DNA from: Raja brachyura
Lineage: Eukaryota
Assembly: GCA_963514005.1 (NCBI GenBank)
Contig: OY740789.1
Span: 13,082,001-13,146,000, forward strand
Length of the DNA stretch: 64,000 nt
Reading direction: 5' to 3'
Shown here: piece by piece, positions 41,901 to 50,900 of the stretch
Position numbering within the stretch: the stretch's first letter is position 1
Layout of the letters: each line of letters starts with the position of its first letter
Translations under genes and position numbers: made by a program
The notes under the pieces: generated by a model
What the model was told of the DNA's origin: nothing
Databases searched by the model: none
What the model saw: only the letters and a program-made list of their open reading frames with translations

Positions 41901-44900
41901 TGAAAACATGCAGGAAGTTAGTCAGCATCTGTGGAAAGAGAAACAGAGTTAACATTACAGGTTGAAGGACTAGGAAAGAGAGAAAACAAGTTAGTTTTAA
42001 ATTGCAGAAAGGGTAGGAGAATAGATAGGACAAACAGAATGTACTTGCCCTGCATGCCTTCTTTAAACTTTGCCTCTCTCACCTAATGCTAAACACTTTA
42101 ACCCCCCCCCCATTCCCACACTGACCTTTCTGTCCTGGGCCTCCTCCACTGTCAGAGTGATGTCCAGAGCAAATTGGAGGAACAGCACCTCATATTTCGC
42201 TTGAGCAGCTTACACCCCAGCGATATGTACATTGACCTCTCTAGCTTCAAGTGACCCTCTCTCTCCATCCCTCCTCTTTGCCTGTTCTCCGACCAGTTGT
42301 ACTGTCTCCGACTACATTTTATCTGTTTGCTTTGAACAGATTTTTTAAAAACGCTAACCGCTAACAATGATCTATTCCACATTTTCCTTGATCTCCATTC
42401 CGTTCGTCCTATTTTCCCACCTTACACTTCTTTATTTATGTATCTCCCTCTCACCTGACATCAGTCTGAAGAAGGGTCTCGACCCGAAATGTCAGCCATT
42501 CCTTCTGTCCAGAGATGCTGCCTGTCTAGTTGAGTTACTCCAGCATTTTGTATATCTTAATGCTATGCCCTCCAGTTCTTTGATATTTTCACCCTAGGAA
42601 AAAGGTTCTGACTGTCTACCATATCCATGCCTCTCATAATGTTATATACTTCCATCTGATTTCAAGGGGTGACCTGACAAAAGTGGAACAAGTTGAGGGA
42701 ATTTCCGCCTAGTTGGATGGCAGTGGAATGCAGTAGTGGATACCATGTTTAAGAAAGAACTGCAGATGTTGGATAAATCAAAGGTAGACAAAAATGCTGG
42801 AGAAACTCAGCGGGTGAGGCAGCCTCACCCGCTGAGTTTCTCCAGCATTTTTGTCTACAGGGGATACCATGTGGTCAACTGTGGCAAGCTATGCAGATAA
42901 AGAATGATGAAGGGAGATAATTTACCATGGTTACAATCATAGATTAGGTTGTCATTTGGAATTTTGAAAAAAATCTCCGCATGTGAAATGGACGATAACT
43001 TGATTTGGAGGGTTTCTTGATGCAGGAAAGGTGGACAGAAAATTGGGAGATAGCAAAATCTTGAAGGAATGGAAATGGAGCAATAGTTTGCAGAGAAATC
43101 TAAAATGACAATGTACTGCATTGTTAATAATTTGGGCTTCAAACCCTACTTACCACCAAGAATTATGATGTCAAACTCTCCGTTACCAATTAATTGATCC
43201 CAGTACTTGATAGATACCCGAAAACAACCTCTTCTCCACAAGGTCAGATTCAGAAGCACCAGGCACATGGTCTTATTTGAAGAAATGGTTTTGTTAAATA
43301 AAACATCTGATATTTCATTTTCAGGGGTGCCAAGCTGAAATACAAATGGGAGATGAATCAGCTTACTTAGTTTAGTTTAATGATACACCACGGTAACAGG
43401 CCCTTCGGCCCAACGAATCTGCACCGACCTGCGATCCCCGCACATTAAAACCATCCTATACTTTGGACATTTTTAATATTTATACGAACCCAATTAACCT
43501 ACAAACCTGTACATCTTTGGAGAAAACCGAAGTTCTCGGAGAAAACCTACGCAGGTCACGGGGAGAACGTACAAACTCCGTACAGACAAACACCCGTAGC
43601 CAGGATCGAACCCGGGTCTCTGGAGCTGTAAGCGTTGTCAGCAGCAACTCCATCACTGCACCACCATGCCACACATTACTTGCGTAATGCACTACTTACT
43701 TGGTGTTTTCACAATTTTAGCAAAATGTTTTAAAATCTGTGAACAGGCTATGCAAAGCACAGAGAATAAATTATTCAATATCAGTTTACATCCATAATAT
43801 TCCATTTGACAAGAAAACGGATTTCAGCTGTTTTGCAATAGGGCTATGTAGAGTAGAGGTCAGGCATTTCCTAAAGGGATTGGAGGAAAATACAGAGAGA
43901 AGCTACTTCTGAGTGGTCATTAATTTTGCAATATTCATCGGTGGCAGTGATATTTTGAGTCCACAACTACCCAATCCCATTCCCTTCACAGTGTGCAGCT
44001 GGAAAATAACTGGGTCAGGAGAAAAAACAGCTCAAATATATCTTCCAAAAGTAAAAGCTCACCCACGAACATAAGTACTTGCGTTTCAAGATATTTCTGG
44101 TTAAAAATGCAACCACCTTATTTCCATTCCCTCCCTTTCACCATAAACCATGTGCGACCAGCTCTCAGGCACATTACTGGGCTATCTTAAATCACCCATT
44201 AGGAAGAATGCAAGGACAGGGAAATGTTCAAACTTGCTTTAATTTGTCCTATGAAGGGCAGGTCTCCAAATACATCCAACATTTAATAAAGTCATGGAGT
44301 CAGACATCATGGAAACAGACCCTTCTGCCCAACTCATCCATGCCAACCCGATTTCATAGCTGGGCTAGTCCCATTTGCCCATATTTGGCCTATAGCCTTC
44401 TAAACCTTTTTCTATCCATACACTGGTCTAGGTGTGTTTTAAACATCGTCATTGTAGCTGCCTTGATAATCTACTCTGGAAGCTTCATCTATATAGGCAC
44501 CACCCTCTGCATGAAGACATTTTCTTTCAAGTCTCTTTTAAATCTTTTATTTCTCACCTTAAATCTATGCCCTCCAGTTGTTGATGGCTCTACCTGGCAA
44601 AAGACTGAGCATTCATCTATGCTTCTCATGATTTTGTATACCTGACTTCTGTGCTCCAGGGAAAAAAGCCCCAGCCGCTCCTTATAACTTGACTCCCCCC
44701 CCCAGTCCTGGCAACATGCTGATGATTCTTTTCTGCACCCTCCCCGGCTTAATGACATCTTTCCTAGGCCACGGTGACCAGAACTGCACATCATACTACA
44801 AATGTGGTTCAGCAGTAGTTCAACTCCTGTACTCAATATTCCATTGAAGTCAAGCACACCAAATAGCTTCTTCACCAGTGAAGAAAGCTAATGGCATGTT

Positions 44901-47900
44901 GGCCTTCATAACAAGAGGAGTTGAATATAGGAGCAAAGAGGTCTTTCTGCACTTGAATAGGGCCCTGGTTAGACAACGCCTGGAGTATTGTGTACAGTTT
45001 TGGTCTCCAGATTTGAGGAAGGACATTCTTGTTATTGAGGGAATGCAGCGCAAGTTCATGGGGTACTGTCATATATTGATAGAATGGAGCGACTGGGCTT
45101 CCCGATGATGGGGGAGTCCAGAACCAGGGGCCAGAGTTTAAGAATAAGGGATAGGCCATTTCGAATGGAGATGAGGAAAAACTTGTTCACCCAGAGAGTT
45201 GTGAATCTGTGGAGTTCTCTGCCTCAGAAGGCAGTGGAGGCCAATTCTCTGGATGCTTTCAAAACAGTGTTAGATAGAACTCTTAAAGATTGCGGAGTCA
45301 AGGGATATAGGGAGAAGGCAGGGAGGAGGTACTGATTGTGGATGATCAACCACGATCACAGTGAATGGCAGTGCTGGCTCGAAGGGTCGGATGGCCTACT
45401 CCTGCAATATTGTCTGTGGTCCATCTACCCGTGTTATCACTTTCATGAAAGTGTATATCTTCACACACTGTCCAGGGCCGTACCATTTATTGTGCAAGTG
45501 CTGCCCTGGTTTGACTTACCAAAACACAGCAACTCACACTCGTCAGGGCAAAATTGCATCTGCCATTCCTTGGCCCACTTCCCTAGTTGATCCAGATCCT
45601 TTCATAAATTCAGTCTTCCTCACCACCCAGTACACCACTAATTGTGGTGTCATTAGCTACATCCTAACAACCTAGTGTAACACAATGGTAGTCTAACTGT
45701 CTAACCTGCTATCTACCGCATGGTAGAACTGATAGCATAGACATTAACGGAGACTTGGATCAATATTACCTTAAAAGAATAACAAGGGGGCAGAGATATA
45801 AATTAATTTGAGGAAAGGTTAGAGGGAATTTGAGGAAATGGGTTTTCACTCAATGAGGATTGAAAATCTGAAACTCACTATTTGAAAGGGTGGTGGGGGC
45901 AGAAACCTGTATTCAAAAGGTATTAAGATGACCACTGGAAGTGCCAAAGGTTGGGAACGGGAACTAACTTATAGCCCATTTTTAACTTGCATGATTTTGT
46001 GAGACCAAATAAGTGCTTTGAATTCTTATGAATGCAAGGATTTGTAAATCATCGGCTTCAAATCAGAAATCACTATAAAACATCACTTTGTGCTCTACCC
46101 ATTCAGATGATACTCGTTACTTCAATTTATCTGGAATTTTGGCTGAGTTTTTGAAATTCTCTGTTACAGGAAGCAACTTTCCAGGAATAATTTAAACAGT
46201 TACACCAAGGCATAATTTGTTATTTTATTCCAACTATTTCTTATTTTGCTATGTTGCGATCACTCACCTCTTTTATTTGCACCCTGTAATTATCTTGATC
46301 AACAATGGCCAGGGCATTACTTGTTGGATTATCATATTCGTCGCGAGGGGCGATCTGCAATGTGTGTTCCTGCCCACTTGTCAATACCAGAGTGGAGAAG
46401 TGGAAAAGGATTTTTGTTTTTGCTGGAAACACTATTCCTATAAATGGAGGAGAAAATAGCTTTCATTTTAACTATTGAGATAAGAGAATTAAATGTTTTT
46501 GCACTTGCAAATTGAATTGCAGGTCAAATTCAGGCAACCTCCACTGGGATGGCAAGAGGACATAGATAGCTCGGAAAGAAAAGTGAGGGGATTGGGTGGG
46601 GTGTTACCTGAAATTGGGAGAACTCAATGTTCGTGCCTTTGGATTGTAGGCTACCCAAGTGGAATATCAGATGCTGTTCTTCCATTTTGCGTGTGGCCTC
46701 ACACTGGCAAAGGAAGAGGCTAAGGACAGACAAGTGATATGGCAATGGAAAGGAGAATTGCAATGGCTGGCAACCTTGAGCCAAGAACAGAAGAGAGCAG
46801 GAGGATTGTGGAGGGCTTGGGGTGGGGATACCATAGTGGGTAACCCCAAAGGCATCCTTCTTATGTGTCCAATTTATGGATTAAGGACTGAATTGTTCAA
46901 AATCGTTTCAATTTGAAATCAGATAGCAGAAAATAATGGCATTAAAAATCAAAGCTTTATTGGAACTTTATGTCATTTTCTCGTGCTTTCTTACTGATTG
47001 TCAAACTAGAAAAAAAGACGCGTTAACAACTTGTGGGTTTTAGGTATTTCAAGATATGTGCCCACATGTTAGTTTATCAATTGTTAATTTTTTACAAGGA
47101 AATCTCATTATAGATATTAGACTGCAATTTTTGAGAATTGCAGACAAGGTGAAATTATACTGTAAACAGTAATTCTCAAATAAATGACAAAAAAACATCA
47201 GGACAAAACAGTGACAGAAATATAAACATGAATAAACTTCTCCTGTTTGAACATTTGTTGTTCACAACAGACCTGAACGGGGCAGGGCATTCCAGTAATC
47301 TGCAAAGAAAGAAATTGCTATTTCATCACTACCTCCACTGATTCTGCAATTCAATATGCCACGGAGAAGGACTAAATAAAGGTCAAGCTTTCCCCATATT
47401 GCCCATCCCCACTATCAGGCAGAGCAAAATAGAGGATGAGGCATTTAGATTTATTTTTAGCTACCACTTTTGGATAACTTCACACTTACAAATGGTGTAA
47501 AACCAGAAAATATTGTAAATATTCAGGTAAGAACTGTGGAGAGAGATAACATTCATGATCGGGTGAGCGACCTTCAATCAGAACTGAGCATCGAACTGAA
47601 AGATAAACCATATTGCGACTTCTTCCACAATTAGCCATCAGAATATTTCCACCAGGTTCAGCAACTGTGCCATTTTGCTTTTTATTACTAATTTATGGAG
47701 CCCGGAAGCAAGGTTCTTGTTCATACTGCAATAATTGTTGCGTACCGTTGTCAGATTAACTGAGAGACAAAGCAAATAGGTAAATCTAAACCTTATTAAA
47801 AACATACACACATTCACACCTACCAGGTTGAAATGTTTTGTAGTATGGGCTGTAAGCCACATTCAGTCCTCCGAGTTTGACTATGACTTCATACCTTCCT

Positions 47901-50900
47901 GCCTTCCTCACTGTGAAGCTCACCTTCACCATATTATCATTTTGTGCCTGAAGCACTTCCTGTGTAATAGGAACATCTATCCCCAGTTCCATGTGCGAGA
48001 TGTGAATTCGTAAGCCCACTGGGCGATGCGCAGGGAATGGTTGCCCATTCTTATAGAACAACTATACAGGGCGATAAGAAAAAATATTTACACTGGTAAA
48101 TAATGTGTTAATACACCTCCTGATTATACACGTCTGTGATGGTGAAAAGATAAAGCAGAGCAGAAGATAAATAAGATTAGCTTCTTTCAATTGAACATAA
48201 ACAGGCACCACAAAGATTGCAACAAGTTGATCACAGAAATCTTTCAATAAAAACATCCTTTTAAAATGCAATGGTCTGCTTCTGAGCACATTTAATTATA
48301 AGTTTGCCTTGACTAAGGCAGCATTGAACATTCAGCCCAATGGCCTCGGGTTGAGGATAGGAGACAGAGACAATCTGCTCCTTCTACTATTGGGAAACTC
48401 ACCTGGATATTGCTAAGACCACAATGCACTCAGAGTGAAGGCATTATCTATATTTTAACCAAAATTCACAGCCTGGGCTTAATGGAGACTTTTCATAATT
48501 AAGTCTCCATTAAGCCCAGGCTGGGAATTTTGGAAAATTGGAATTTTAATTATTTCATAATTAAGTAGAACAGTTTTCCAGATTTAAAAGAAGAATGGGA
48601 ATGCTCCCTACTTCTAAATCTCACTTACAGAACCTCATTTATGTTGCAAAGGGCAGTACTGGATTAGCCTTGAAAACCAAATACCTGCATTTTTACTTTT
48701 ATTTCTCTCACACTGAACAGGTGAGCCTTTAATCAGCGTGCAATTATATGCAAAGAAATGCAGCTTTCAACTACACCTAATTTCCAGCTCAATTACCTTT
48801 TATCTGACTGATACATTGTTTGCTGAGAAATTCAACTCCTAAATATAACAGTCACACTGCATTGTAATTTGTGTCTGAAACTCATTTCCATGGATATAGC
48901 ATTATCTAACTTTCACAAATTACAATGCATAATACCTGGGAATACATTTCTAGATGGTGAATTGCTGCTCCTCACAATTGCTGTTCCACAGTTCCAGTTT
49001 GTTTCTGCTTTTATGACCTCCCATGCTTTGTCCTGTCCTACAACTCTTCTAGCTTTCTTTCCCGTACCCCTGCAATCAGTCTGAGGAAACCCAACCCAAA
49101 ACGTCACCTATCCATGTTCTCCAGGGATGCTGCCTGACTGACTTCAGCATTGTGTCTCTTTACAAGACAAGTACATATTCAAATCAGATTCAAGAATGAG
49201 GTGTCACTTTCAAAGGATAATTCTTCATGTAAATCCTTATTTTTTTAGGCCAAATCTGCCCCTTCCTGTGGTTCAATAGGACATGAAGAGGTGAATGGCA
49301 TATAACATTGTTCTTCTAACATATTGACAACAGCATTCTTTAAAGTATTAACACAGGTTAAATAATCCTCCATTGTTATGATGGATCCTCCTGTACAACG
49401 TTATCCGGTTAACTCAGAAATCCTTTGAAAGGTTTTGAGAAGACATAGCTATGTGCTGCACAGTTGCAAGTCCAACTAGCTTTACAGCACTCACAGATAT
49501 TCAAAAAAAAAGTTATCATTGCTACAGATCTCTATTTAGGCATCTGCTTTTAGATATGTGCATGCTTTTGTTCAAAAGGCCTTAGATTTTGTTTGCAATA
49601 ATTGCTTTTCATTATAAATCCTAACATTCACAATTGTAATTAAAACAGTGTACTTTTATCATTGCCGACTATAATTAAACCCCTCGAGTATAAAACAAAT
49701 AAACTACAAAAAAAAGCCTTTCAGTAGTTTTAAAAGCAAAGAAGACTATTTTGTTTTACGCACATGTATTCTAAAGGTCAAGATGCGCCCTACTTCCTGA
49801 GGGTCCTTCCAATCCCAGGTGACCAGGCACGACCTTGGATCCAAGTAGTTTCCACGGACATAGTCATAAATGGTTCGGTTCGCCTGTCGCCCTCTGTGGT
49901 CATTCTGAAGAAAATTAATTACCCGGGCCACGAGTTCGTACAGAAACTTCACGGTAAAGAAGAAAGCTACGATGGAAACTGCAATCCCACCTGCACGAGA
50001 ATAAAGAAATCATACATTGAGTCGATGCTAGGCCGCAGAGCATTTCCCATCAGTTGCATCACTTAACTTAGTTTTCCTGTAACCTATTCCCTCTCATGTC
50101 TGTTGGCTCCTTGACATTCTCCTGCCAACCACTTTTATTAGGTAAAATTCATGTGCTTCTTTGATATGCAAGAGAAAACCAGAACACCTGGAGGAAACCC
50201 ATGCCGTCTCAGGATAAACATGAAGACTCCTCCCAAACATCAGTGCAAAGAGCAAAATTCTTCTGCAGAGAGACTTCCAATCTCACCCATCTGACATCTT
50301 CAGCTCTTACTTGCAAAATAATACGGTTTTACAGATCCCCTTTCCCTTAACATTGTGATGCTTAACTGAATATAGTCCAAGGGTACACAAAAGGCTGGTA
50401 AAACTCAGCGGGTGCAGCAGCATCTAAGAAGCGAAGGAGATAGACAACGTTTCGGGCCGAAACCCTTCTTCACACTGATGGGAGGTGAGGGGGGCGGGGA
50501 GAAGAAAGGAAAAAGGAGGATGAGCTCGAGGGCTGGGGGAGAGGTGAGAAGGGGAGGAGACAGCAAGGGTTAACAGAATTGAGAAAATTCAATGTTCAAG
50601 CCCAGCGGATGCAGACTCCCCAAGCGGAATACGAGGTGCTGTTACTCCAACTAGCGGTGTTGCTCACTCTGGCCATGGTGGAGGCCCAGGACAGAGAGGT
50701 CGGATACGGAATGAGAGGGGGAGTTGAAGTGCTGAGCCACCGGGAGGTCGGGTTGGTTATTGCGGACCGAGCGGAGGTGTTCGGCGAAACGATCGCCAAG
50801 CCTCCGCTTGGTCTCACCGATATAGATCAGCTGGCATCTAGAGCAGCGGATGCAGTAGATGAGGTTGGAGGAGATGCAGGTGAACCTCTGTCAGACCTGG

